A stretch of DNA of 64,000 nt from Octopus sinensis (lineage: Eukaryota), in assembly GCF_006345805.1 (NCBI RefSeq), contig NC_043016.1, positions 31,868,001-31,932,000 of the forward strand. The letters run 5' to 3'. A program made the position numbers and the translations under genes. The notes under the pieces were generated by a model that had not been told where the DNA came from, searched no databases, and saw only the letters and a list, made by a program, of their open reading frames with translations. This document shows positions 12,643 through 22,917 of this stretch, piece by piece. The stretch's first letter is position 1; every line of letters starts with the position of its first letter.

Positions 12643-13653
12643 ATGAAACACTTCGGACTTAGTATAACTATAGACACTAACCTGACGGTTGTCAATTTCT
12701 TAGACGTTTCCTTAGATCTTAATAATAATATTTATAAGCCTTATAGGAAGCCCAATGATAGACTAAGTTATATTAATGTAGGTTCATGTCATCCCCCTAT
12801 AGTATTCAAAAATTTAGTTAAAAATATTAGTAAGAGGATTTCTAGCCTCTCATCTAATGAGGGCATCTTCAATAGCGTTGCCCCAGTTTATAATAAAGCT
12901 TTAAAAGATAGTGGTTTTAGCGAAAAAATAAAATATACACCTATCACCAGCCCAACAGTAAGGAAAAGGAATAATAGAAATAGGAAGGTCATCTGGTTTA
13001 CGCCCCCTTACTCACCCGAGGTGGCCTTCAATATAGGTAAATATTTCCTAGCACTGATAGATAGACATTTTCCAGTTAACCATGCTTATAGGAAACTCTT
13101 CAATAGACACAATTTAAAAATTAGTTTTAGTTCAACTACCAATTTTAAAAACATAATCAATCATAACATACAAAAAACACAAGAAGAAAACAGCTGTTCA
13201 TGCAGGAATAAAGAATTGTGCCCGCTAAATGGAGCTTGCATGTCCAAGACCATCATATATGAAGCTACCGTAAACTCTATAACCACTAAAGACACCGTTT
13301 CGACGAAGAAATACGTGGGCCTGACAGAGGGTAATTTCAAGGCCAGGTTCAATAACCACACTTTGAGCTTTAGGCACTGGAACAAAAGAAAAGCGACACA
13401 ATTATCCAATCATATTTGGTCTTTAAGAGATAAAGGTGTCGATTATAACATACAATGGAAGATTTTGGCCAGATGTAAGCCCTACACTAACGGCAGCGGA
13501 AGGTGCGGTTTATGCGACATGGAGAGATGGCTTATCTGGAAAAGCAGCTTAGACCCTACCACATGTCTAAATACAAGGACAGAGCTTTTCGGATCATGCC
13601 CACACGTGACTAAATTTCTGTTACGTTTTTGGTCCCCTAAAGAAAACGGATAG
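12643..13653 (+). CDS. Penelope-like element ORF, C-terminal part: RT thumb, Cys linker and GIY-YIG endonuclease. The frame is open from about 12589 and frameshifted from the upstream YKDD.
   Basis: NFLDV, YRKPN, YINVGSCHPP (PLE RT); CSCRNKELCPLNGAC linker; IYEATV..KYVGLTEGNFKARFNNH (GIY-YIG); CGLC..E and C-P-H C-terminal motif. Confidence 0.85.
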   Translation: MKHFGLSITIDTNLTVVNFLDVSLDLNNNIYKPYRKPNDRLSYINVGSCHPPIVFKNLVKNISKRISSLSSNEGIFNSVAPVYNKALKDSGFSEKIKYTPITSPTVRKRNNRNRKVIWFTPPYSPEVAFNIGKYFLALIDRHFPVNHAYRKLFNRHNLKISFSSTTNFKNIINHNIQKTQEENSCSCRNKELCPLNGACMSKTIIYEATVNSITTKDTVSTKKYVGLTEGNFKARFNNHTLSFRHWNKRKATQLSNHIWSLRDKGVDYNIQWKILARCKPYTNGSGRCGLCDMERWLIWKSSLDPTTCLNTRTELFGSCPHVTKFLLRFWSPKENG

Positions 13654-13828
13654 AACATGCTTTCTGTGTTATGTCCCAAGAAGATTTTATATATTTTTAT
13701 GTATTTTTATATAATTTTTATGACGAAAAATGCGAGCGATGTATAAGTACGCAGGCAAAGCAGAGTTATAACAGAGTAATTTCCCTTCATTTTTAACGGT
13801 ATTTTTTCATAACGTTTTCAAATAGCCA

Positions 13829-13889
13829 GATAACCGAAGAGATGGTGTTGTGGATTTCCACTTCGGCATCTGAAACTCAGAGTTTTATC
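13829..13889 (+). ncRNA. Minimal type I hammerhead ribozyme motif, degenerate (pLTR copy 1)
   Basis: gataa-CCGAAGA-stem II-GAAA-ctcagag-TT-ttatc; U4 is mutated to C. Confidence 0.6.
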
Positions 13890-14056
13890 TTGACTACCGA
13901 GTAATGTAACATATTGTATAGATAAATTTCCTCTATTTACATAATATTGAGGTCTCTTTCTTTCTTTTGTTATCTTACCGTTTTATCAATATATATATAT
14001 CTGTAAATATAATATGTGACAATTATTCGGTAGCCAAGATAAAACTCCGATAACCG

Positions 14057-14106
14057 GATAACTGAAGTGGATTTCCACCTCGCCATCCGAAACTCAGAGT
14101 TTTATC
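14057..14106 (+). ncRNA. Minimal type I hammerhead ribozyme motif, degenerate (pLTR copy 2)
   Basis: gataa-CTGAAG-[about 12-nt deletion]-tggatttccacctcgccatcc-GAAA-ctcagag-TT-ttatc. Confidence 0.55.
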
Positions 14107-14207
14107 TTGGCTACCAAATAATTGTCACATGTTATAGTCACAGATAAATTCCTCTATTTACATAATATTGAGGTCTCTTTCTTTCTTTTGTTATCTTACC
14201 GTTTTTA

Positions 14208-14250
<43 letters not shown>

Positions 14251-14951
14251 TGTGTGTGTGTGTGTGTGTGTGTGTTAATGCCTCTTTATTTTGATATCAT
14301 GTGATAGTTCCAAGTGAAAACCGTTATGCAAGCAGTATCCTTTTGTTTCCAATCTCTCATGAAAACATATCTTACCACAGGGAAATATTACTTCACTTGG
14401 AAACAGAAGTGAGGGTTGGTGAGAGGAAGGGCATCCAGCTGTAGAAAATCTGCCTCCTCAAATTCCATCTGACCCATGCAAGCATGGAAAAGTGAACACT
14501 AAAGTGACAATGATAAACAACCCAACATACTATATATGAAGTTATTAATTCATAACTACATTGTATATTTTTATTAATTAGAAATGAAATCTAAGATATA
14601 TATTTTTGTTTTTTTTTGATAAGCAAAAATTCATAGCCTTGATTGTGAAAATTGAATAAAATCATTAAATCATATATTTTATTTCTTCATGAGTAGAAAA
14701 AGGTGTGCTTCGTTGACTAGTTTTTAGTTAATTTGATCTTCACCAGAGAAGGAATACAGATCTTCTGTTCAGAAATTAAGGGCTTGCAGTTATTTTTACA
14801 CAAATTAGGATTGTATTATACACATATCAAACTAAATGTATGGAGGGAGAGAGAGAGAGAGAGAGAAGGAGAGAGTTAAAATAAGTATAAGGAAATAAGT
14901 GAAAGTGAAGCGAGTGAGTTAAAACTGTTGAGATAACTGAAGTATACTTAC

Positions 14952-15021
14952 TATTCATTTGTAGCATCCTCAAGAGTGTTACCATTTACACTAAGCAGCT
15001 GGTCACCAACTTTCAGCTGAC
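14952..15021 (-). CDS. PDZ-domain protein (STXBP4-like), coding exon: (G)QLKVGDQLLSVNGNTLEDATNE(Y)
   Basis: tttttctaatttcacAG acceptor, GTAAGT donor, 70 nt, phase 1 to phase 2; in frame with exon 24146-24051; GD-L-VNG PDZ signature. Confidence 0.9.
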
Positions 15022-15523
15022 CTGTGAAATTAGAAAAACATTTCAAAAAATTAGTTCACAGGAAGACCTACTACAAATCATTTAATGTCAGTTTTCCATG
15101 CTGGCAAGCAAGAGATCTACACCAAATTCTTCAGTCTGTTCTGGCATGGTTCCTTAGCCGGATGCCCTTCCTAACACCAACCACTTTACAGAGTGTAATG
15201 GGTGCTTTTTACATGGCATCAGCATTAGTGGTTTTTTTATGTGGAACCATTGCCAGAGCCTTTTATGTGGTACCAGCACCAGTGCATTTTTAAATTACAA
15301 AAACAATGATTTTATTTTACACTATCACCCTGCCATAAAATTATATTCAGATGCAGGTATGGCTGTATGATAAAACAGCCCATGTATTGATGTGGTTCTG
15401 GGCTTAATCTTCTTGCCTGGCATTATGAGCAAGTGACTTCAGTCATAGCCTTATGAGGAAATTTTGCTAAAGAGAAACTGCATGGAACCCTTCCAAACCT
15501 CAGTGGTTTTTTTGGTGGAATAC

Positions 15524-15915
15524 TTAACCCTTTAGCATTCAGATTACTCTGTCAAATGTAACACTAATTTATTCACAGGGTTTTGAATTAATCATGCATT
15601 ATCTAAGCTTTGAGATTTAGATAATGTAATTGCTTATTTTTAGAATGACATAGTTTGGAAAGTGTGAGAGTCAAGATCTGGCCAGTTTGATGATAAAACC
15701 TGTGGAATATTTTGGCCAGATATGACTGGCTTAACCTTTTAGCATCCAGATTACTGTCAAACATAATGCTTATTTATACACATTGATATGAATTAATCAT
15801 GCATTATCTCACAACTTTGAGATTTTGATGATGTAATTGTTTATTTTCGGAATGACGTTGTAGGGTAGGTGTGAGAGGCCAGATCTGGCCATTTGAACTG
15901 GATATGAACAAATAG
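15524..15915. mobile_element. Two tandem piggyBac-type MITE A copies
   Basis: TTAAccctttagcatt at 15524 and TTAAccttttagcat at 15731. Confidence 0.75.
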
Positions 15916-15917
15916 GT

Positions 15918-16165
15918 GTAGGAGTTGCTGTGTGGTAAGTAGCTTGCTTACTAACCACATAGTTCCGGGTTCAGTCCCACTGCATGGCCCCTTGGGCAAG
16001 TGTCTTCTACTATAGCCTCGGGTCAACCAAAGCCTTGTCAGTGGAATTGGTAGACGGAAACTGAAAGAAGCTGGTCGTATATATGTGTGTGTGTATGTGG
16101 ATATATGTGTGTGTGCGTGTGCGTTTGTGTGTCTGTGTTTGTCCCCCCAATATCACTTGACAATT
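15918..16165 (+). mobile_element. SINE family C, 5' part
   Basis: Same head and core as 5439-5990. Confidence 0.8.
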
Positions 16166-16534
16166 AAAATCAAATAGCATATGATAACACAATGTGGCAG
16201 TCTATGCTGTCACTTGACCTGTTAGAAATTGCAGCTAAAACTCTATTAACCCCATGACAATGGATTTTTATCAGACAACTAGGTTGGACTGATGGTAATT
16301 ATTTCGGCTGAGATCAGCAATTAGCGCATGACTACAGTTCAGCATATATTTATGTCAACCACTTTAAAGCATGTAGTGTTTATTTATGTAAACTGAGCAG
16401 AACACTCCTGCGGTATTACTGCAGAAATAAGATCACTTGACGGTGTAAAAAGAATTTGCTGAACATGAACGAATTTGTTAGAAAGTCATAGTGGAAATGG
16501 TAGTGTAACTGCCAAAACTGCTGCTTTTATACTA

Positions 16535-16925
16535 TTATACTCTTTACTCTTTTACTTGTTTCAGTCATTTGACTGCAGCCATGCTGGAGTACCGCCTTTA
16601 GTCGACCAAATCGACCCCAGGACTTATTCTTTGTAAGCCTAGTACTTATTCTATCGGTTTCTTTTGCCGAACTGCTAAGTTACGGGGACGTGAACACACC
16701 AGTATCGGTTGTCAAGCGATGTTGGGGGAACAAACACAGACACACAAACACACATATATATATACATATATACGACGGGCTTCTTTCAGTTTCCGTCTAC
16801 CAAATCCACTCACAAGGCTTTGGTCAGCCTGAGGCAATAGTAGAAGACACTTGCCCAGTGGGACTGAACATGAAACCATGTGGTTGGTAAGCAAGCTACT
16901 TACCACACAGCCACTCCTGCGCCTA
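16535..16925 (-). mobile_element. SINE family C, near full length
   Basis: Antisense tail ctcttttacttgtttcagtcatttgactg and head accacacagccactcctg. Confidence 0.85.
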
Positions 16926-18100
16926 TTATAGTGATGAAGTCTTGAACTGAGTTGGAAATATTTATACGAAAAGTCTAATGAACCTATCAGATTCCTTGGA
17001 ATTTTCATGATGGCCTCTATTATTGATTCCATGTGTGATAGCGGATATCTATATCAACCGGTACACAAACAAGTACAAAACTGCAGCAGCAGAGAGCTGT
17101 GTATATTTTTGTCATCTGATTCAAAGCAAGTACACAGTGCATGTAAATTTACGTCAACCGATGTTATGGGGTTAATTTCTACTCTCCTTGTCTTAGAAAA
17201 GGACACCTGTAATAATGTGTTATAGGTGTACTATTTTTGAAAAACAGACAAGATTAAGATGGCTGAAGCATCTTTGAGGGAATGTCTTTTTGATCAGCAA
17301 TAACCAAGGCTTTACCAACAATACACATCAGAAGCTAAAAGTTTGAAACTATAAACTGGTAACATGAAACATTACAATAGAAAACATGCACAACCAACAA
17401 CTTCACTATTCATTCAGCTAGGTTACACCTTCCGAGAACAATAAGTTAATGTACTCCTATGTGTATTTTTAATGCAATTCTCAAATGGTATCAGTGAGAT
17501 ACAATGAGACAGATCTTAATCTTTACATTATAGGTTAATCCCGTCGATGGAACTTTTGTATTTTTTTGGTCAACCCAATTTCACTGACATGCTTTTTGTT
17601 GACTTGCAGCTAAGCTACAATATGCACACTCAAGATGACATGTAGTAGGATTGAACCTGGAATTCTGTGATTGTGAAGCAAACTTCTGAACTGTTTAACC
17701 ATTCTTCATTAAGATAAGTACAGAGCCTCTATTCATCACTCAGTCTCATACATTAAGCTACCACATCTAAATGCCAGCCAATTCCTCAACTCACTTATGA
17801 CTGACTGCTTGTCATTGTCACAATTTATTTTCGCACACCAATGAACAAAACAATACCTGCAGAAACTTAAAAAAAGCACAGTGGAACAACTTGTTTGTAT
17901 AATTCAACAAAAATGATAAAAACCAATAACAAAGATATGTGCACAAGACAAAACAGGAATCACAGCACAGTTGTTTGGTCTTATAGAATTAATTGTCAAA
18001 ATTTCACAGCCTAACAGTTTATAAAAAAAAGAAGGGTACATTTTATAAAGTAACCCTAAATGTACTTATGTCATGTCTGCTATGTGTGATCAGAATCTAC

Positions 18101-18325
18101 TTAATCCCTTAGCATTTAAACTGGTCAAATCTGGACCAGATATTCTACCTATTTTATGTTTGAACTGGTCAAACCTGGCTTCTTACACCTACACTACAAT
18201 GTCATTCTAAAAATATATACAATCACATCATTGAAAGCTCTGAGGCACAAGACAATGCATGGTTAATTTAAAACAATGTGAATAAATATTACATTTGACA
18301 AAAATTTTGAATGCTAAAGAGTTAA
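18101..18325. mobile_element. piggyBac-type MITE A
   Basis: TTAA at both ends; tagcatt/aatgcta TIR cores. Confidence 0.75.
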
Positions 18326-18489
18326 TCAAAGGTGACCTAGTGTTAAACAAAAACATAAATAGTACAGTGCAAACAACGAACCAAGTAATGACCAAATAAT
18401 GACAGAAACACAAGACATATCCCATAAAGCGATATAAAAAAAATACACTGTTAACTGCCAAATTATCACTGAAATATTCAAGTACAACA

Positions 18490-18815
18490 ACTGACACTCC
18501 ATTGGTTATGATAATGAGGGTTCTAGTTGATCTGATCAATGGAACAACCTGCTCATGAAATTAACATGCAAGTGGTTGAGTACTCCACAGATACATATAC
18601 TCTTAATGTAGTTCCCAAGGAGATTCAGGGTGACACAAAATGTGACAAGGCCGACCCTTTCAACTACAGGTACAACTCACTTTTGCCAGAGGAGTGGACC
18701 AGAGCAACATGAAATGAAGTGTCTTGCTCAAGGATATAGCAAGCTACTAGGAATTGAACTCATGACCTTGAAATCACGAGCAGAATACCCTAACCACTAA
18801 GCCATGTGCCCTCGC
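18490..18815 (-). mobile_element. tRNA-derived SINE, mosaic (B/E-like head, A-like tail)
   Basis: Head ctaaccactaagcc; tail complementary to 11520-11660. Confidence 0.7.
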
Positions 18816-19014
18816 TAATATTTAAGTAAATAGCAAACATAGTGACACCATACATAACAGGAATTAAACTCAGAATAAAGTAACTAAACAGAAAAGTAAA
18901 TAAAGAAAATAAATCAGAGAATCAACAGACAAATGCCAACAATGGTGTCTAATACAAAATACCAAAGCAAGTCTTAAAGGAATTTTAGTAACATCCTTAC
19001 ATGTTCCAATATTA

Positions 19015-19510
19015 AATTTAGTGACATCTATATTGCATCATAATATCATAACTCTAGTAGCAACATCCACAAAGCATCACAATCTCTCATTATCAGCTTT
19101 AGTGGTATCACATATCATTATGATATCACAATATAAGCTTAAATAACATTAATACAATATCATGTTACAATACTGGCTTTAATAGCGACATCCACAAAAC
19201 ATCACTGTCTCACATTATCAACCTTAGCAGCATCACATAACATTATCATGTCTCAATATAAACTTTAAATAACATTCACACACACACTATTATGTTACAA
19301 TATCGACCTTAGTAACATTCATACAACACCATTTTACAATATCGACATTAATTAATAATGACATTCACTAAAACATTACAATTTCACGCCATCAGCTTCA
19401 GTAATATCACACATAAAATTCACAACGTAAACTATTAATATTCACATAACATACATCATGATGTTCTAATATCAACTTTAACAATGTCAGAATACAAACT
19501 TCAACACCCA
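19015..19510. repeat. Degenerate A/C-rich tandem repeat with ~125-170-bp units
   Basis: acatccacaaa..catca..ttatca..tta motif recurs at about 19064, 19188 and 19360. Confidence 0.6.
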
Positions 19511-19856
19511 CAAAACATCATGGTGGAGGTGCATGGTTTAGTGGTTAGGGTGTTGGACTCAGTGATCGTAACATTGTGGTTTCAATTCCTGAACTGGGCA
19601 ATGCATTGTGTTTTTTTTTATCAGCTGGCGAAAATGAATAATCCAATGATACCAGTGTCTCGTTCAGGTGTGGAATATATATACATGTCAGAGAATCTTG
19701 GAAACTGATCAAGCCTTACAAGTAGATTTGGTTGATGTGACTGTGTTTGTCCCCTACCATCACTTGACAACCAATGTTAGTGTGTTTACATCCCTTGTAA
19801 CTTAGAGTTTCAGTAAAAGAGAGAGAGAGAGAGAATAAGTACTAAGCTTACAAAGA

Positions 19857-20067
19857 ATACAGCTGAAACTGGATCTGGCTCTGTGGTACAAATGTCTTGT
19901 TTTCAAAAGTTCTGAATTAAAATCTTTCACCAAACCTTAGTTACAATTTATGTTCCTAACACTAACTTAATGATAACTAAGTTATTTTACTAAATTCTTT
20001 GTTATATTTAAAATAAGTGAAAGAAATGCAGATCATCTAAAAATAAATATGGTAATGAAAGGGTTAA
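19857..20067. mobile_element. piggyBac-type MITE family B inserted in a family C SINE tail
   Basis: Ends ggtaatgaaagggTTAA; body matches 52263-52491; SINE C sequence resumes with ggtggtgctccag. Confidence 0.75.
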
Positions 20068-20686
20068 GGTGGTGCTCCAGTATGGCCACATACAAATGAC
20101 TGAAACAAGTAAAAGGATTAAAAAGAATACACAAACACACACATGTGGGTGTGAGTGGTTGAGTGTATCCTTGTCTAGATATCATGTGATAGTTGTAAAT
20201 CCCTACTGTCATACAAGCAAAGTTCTTCATTTCCATGGGGAAATATTATTATCTTGATTGGAAACAGGTGAGAGTGAGAGAGAGAGAAAGAGAGAACATT
20301 GCAAACAATAAATAAAATAAACATGAAATGAAAAAATCGTATAAATAAAAGCTTGTTAAAAACTATCTTGTTCTGAATATTTAAATTTGTGAACTTAGTA
20401 AATATTTCTTTCAGTAATTTATCATAGTTGTTTGCAAATAGCAAATTAAAAACTTGAAATGAAAACATTAAAATAGAGATTGAGAGACTTTGCAAATGAA
20501 AACGGAAAATTTCGCTGTTGCTGTGTCAATACCAGAAGTTGACATTGAGAAACCTTTTAAAAAGAAGTGAATCATATAAAGAAAGCAATATTATTTCACA
20601 GTTCTATATTTTAGAGATGAGGAATTATGTACATTATTTACATCATTTACATTTGACGGGCATTTGTCCTCATGTTGTTTGTTGTT

Positions 20687-20732
20687 AACACAACATTTTG
20701 GCTGATATACCCTCCAGCTTTCATCAGGTGTC
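20687..20732 (-). ncRNA. Minimal type I hammerhead-like motif (left arm), GAAA mutated to AAAA
   Basis: Minus strand reads gacac-CTGATGA-aagctg gagggtatat cagcc-AAAA-tg-TT-gtgtt. Confidence 0.5.
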
Positions 20733-20935
20733 TTGGGGAAATTTCAAACCTGGGTTCTCATTCCTAAGGTATTTTCTTTTCAATGTTATTATTACTATTA
20801 TTATTCAGTAGCCCATGATCTTAAGCCCAAGATTCCAAGTTTGATTCCAGGCAGTGACCTGAATAATAATAATAATAATAATAGCATTGGAAAAAATACC
20901 TTAGGAATGAGAACCCAGGTTTGAAATTTCCTCAA

Positions 20936-20981
20936 GACACCTGATGAAAGCTGGAGGGTATATCAGCCGAAATGTTGTATT
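20936..20981 (+). ncRNA. Minimal type I hammerhead-like motif (right arm), core nucleotides intact
   Basis: gacac-CTGATGA-aagctg gagggtatat cagcc-GAAA-tg-TT-gtatt. Confidence 0.6.
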
Positions 20982-21622
20982 AACAACAAACAAGATGAGG
21001 ACAAATATCCATCAAATGTAAATAATGTGGCAATATTATTTATTTTTAATAAAAAAATAAACTGGTGACCCTATTATGTATCCAAGGTCAAGTTATTCAT
21101 GCATCCCAAATATGGAAGCAATTCACACAGCTGTTTTTGCATGAAAAGCGAATACACACATAAGTCTATTTTATATAAGATTATGTGATGTTAAGATAGT
21201 AACACACACACACACACACACAGAAGATGAGCTTCTTTGAGTTCCTGTCAACCAAATCCACTCACAAGGCCTGGGATTGTAGAAGACAACACACGTGCAA
21301 AATACCATGCAGTGGGATTGAACCCCAAAACGTGGGTTGGAGAGCAAACTTCTTATAACACAGCAACACCTGCATCATCATTTGTATAAAATGGCTTGTT
21401 CTTGTCTTGCAACTTGTTTATGTTCAGACAATGAGTACAAGTGTAAGTTTGCATTGTACAGGTAACAGCAGAGCATTTAAGATGAATAATATGGATGTCT
21501 GTATCATTATTATCATTTGGATGCTGGCATGGGTTAGAAGTGGTAAGCCATAGGTTCCAGTCTGATTTGGCATGGTTTCTATGGCTGGATGCCTTTCTTT
21601 ACGTTAACCACTCCAAGAGTGT

Positions 21623-21886
21623 GTGGAGGCGCGTGGCTTAGTGGTTAGGGTGTCAGCATCATGATCGTAAAATTGTGGTTTCGATTCCTGGACCGGGTGA
21701 TGTGTTGTGTTCTTGAGCAAAACACTTCATTTCACGTTGCTCCGGTCCACTCAGCTGGCAAAAATGAGTAATGCTGCGATGGACTGGCGTCCTGTCCAGC
21801 TGCGGAACACATATGCCATACAAACCGGGAAACCAGGCCCATGAGCCTGGCTAGGCTTTAAAAGGGTGCATTTATTTATTTATTTT
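21623..21886 (+). mobile_element. Full-length SINE family B inserted into an antisense RTE-tail element
   Basis: 13-bp TSD actccaagagtgt at 21610-21622 and 21887-21899; A/B boxes; (ttta)n tail. Confidence 0.9.
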
Positions 21887-22735
21887 ACTCCAAGAGTGTA
21901 ATGGGTGCTTTTTACATGCCACTAGCACGGGTGCCAGTTACACAACACTGACACTGGCCATGACTCAACTCACATTATCATGTTAATTAAAAGGTTTTGT
22001 TTTTACAGTCTTCTGTGGTTACATTTTTCTGTTAATATAAATTTTCTAAAATTCCAGTCAACTTTTAAAAAAATTTCATGTTAGGACATACATTTGTGTG
22101 CAGCAGAGTGCTCAGTTAGAAGGCATCATGGTATATCAGGAACAATAAATCAGCCGATTGGACAGAATCATTTGACTGACCACCTACATACACTTATCAA
22201 TGAGCAGCCTAGTGCTAAACAACAACAAGAGGAAGAAGAGACAGAGCCAACAAGGGAACCACTACATAATTACTTAACTGCTAAAAATAGCAGCTAAATA
22301 TCTCTCAAATAATACTCTCTGCTCGTCTTAAAAAATGACATGGATTATGTGGTTCTCAAGTTGCCTGCACATAGTATAAAAGATGTGCTGGTCGTGGCTG
22401 GAATGTCTTTGATCATAGGTATGCTTTACCAGGGCTGTCTTTGTTCTAAAGAATATAACACAAATAACACCAACAGACAACACAAACAACATCAAAGGGA
22501 CTATGTGGTTTCTCAACTTGCTAGAGACAACAGCAAAATTTTCTTTACATCACAGCAGGTCTTCTTCGAAAAGATGGAAGGAAGGACAATACATAATGTA
22601 GTCCCAGATAAACTCTGAAGAGGATGGGGAAGTCATGGATAAAATGCTTTTGATCATGTTTGCTTGATCATAGTTGATCTGGGACTAAATAAGAAGAAGA
22701 AGAACAACAACAACGTAATGAGGAAGTCTCTATTT

Positions 22736-22917
22736 CAGTGGTTCTCAACTGGGGTTACCAGGGCCACATGTGACCTTCAAGCATCCTTCTGGTGGCCCTT
22801 GAAGGTCTTCCCTCTATAAATATAAATTTTTTTTTATTGACTTATGTTTGGTGCAGAACCCCTAAAAAATCCTAGTTTTGGATCTGGCCCAGATATTAGA
22901 AAGGTTGAGAGCCACTG
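22736..22917. mobile_element. hAT-type MITE
   Basis: TIR cagtggttctcaac / gttgagagccactg; flanks ctctattt / ctctacat (6 of 8 match). Confidence 0.75.

Larger units (their letters stand above)
12531..14277 (+). mobile_element. 5'-truncated Penelope-like retroelement (Naiad-like) with two pseudo-LTR repeats and (TA)n(TG)n tail
   Basis: YKDD RT motif at 12561-12572, GIY-YIG ORF, direct repeats about 13826-13990 and 14054-14215 with an inverted segment between them. Confidence 0.85.
20597..21029. mobile_element. Fold-back non-autonomous retroelement: tRNA-like head plus hammerhead-bearing tail, two inverted arms
   Basis: 12-bp direct repeat gcaatattattt at 20585-20596 and 21030-21041; arms about 20645-20806 and 20860-21028 are reverse complements; B-box-like gtttgattcc at 20839-20848. 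Confidence 0.8.

Noticed and set aside
13190-13700. Selenoprotein-type Naiad (UGA-Sec in the Cys linker)
   Set aside because: All linker and C-terminal Cys codons are TGT/TGC, and the ORF has no in-frame TGA
17000-17207. Acceptor-like site with a 50-codon frame on the minus strand
   Set aside because: The frame required by the upstream PDZ exon (phase 1) hits TAA after four codons, and there is no convincing donor
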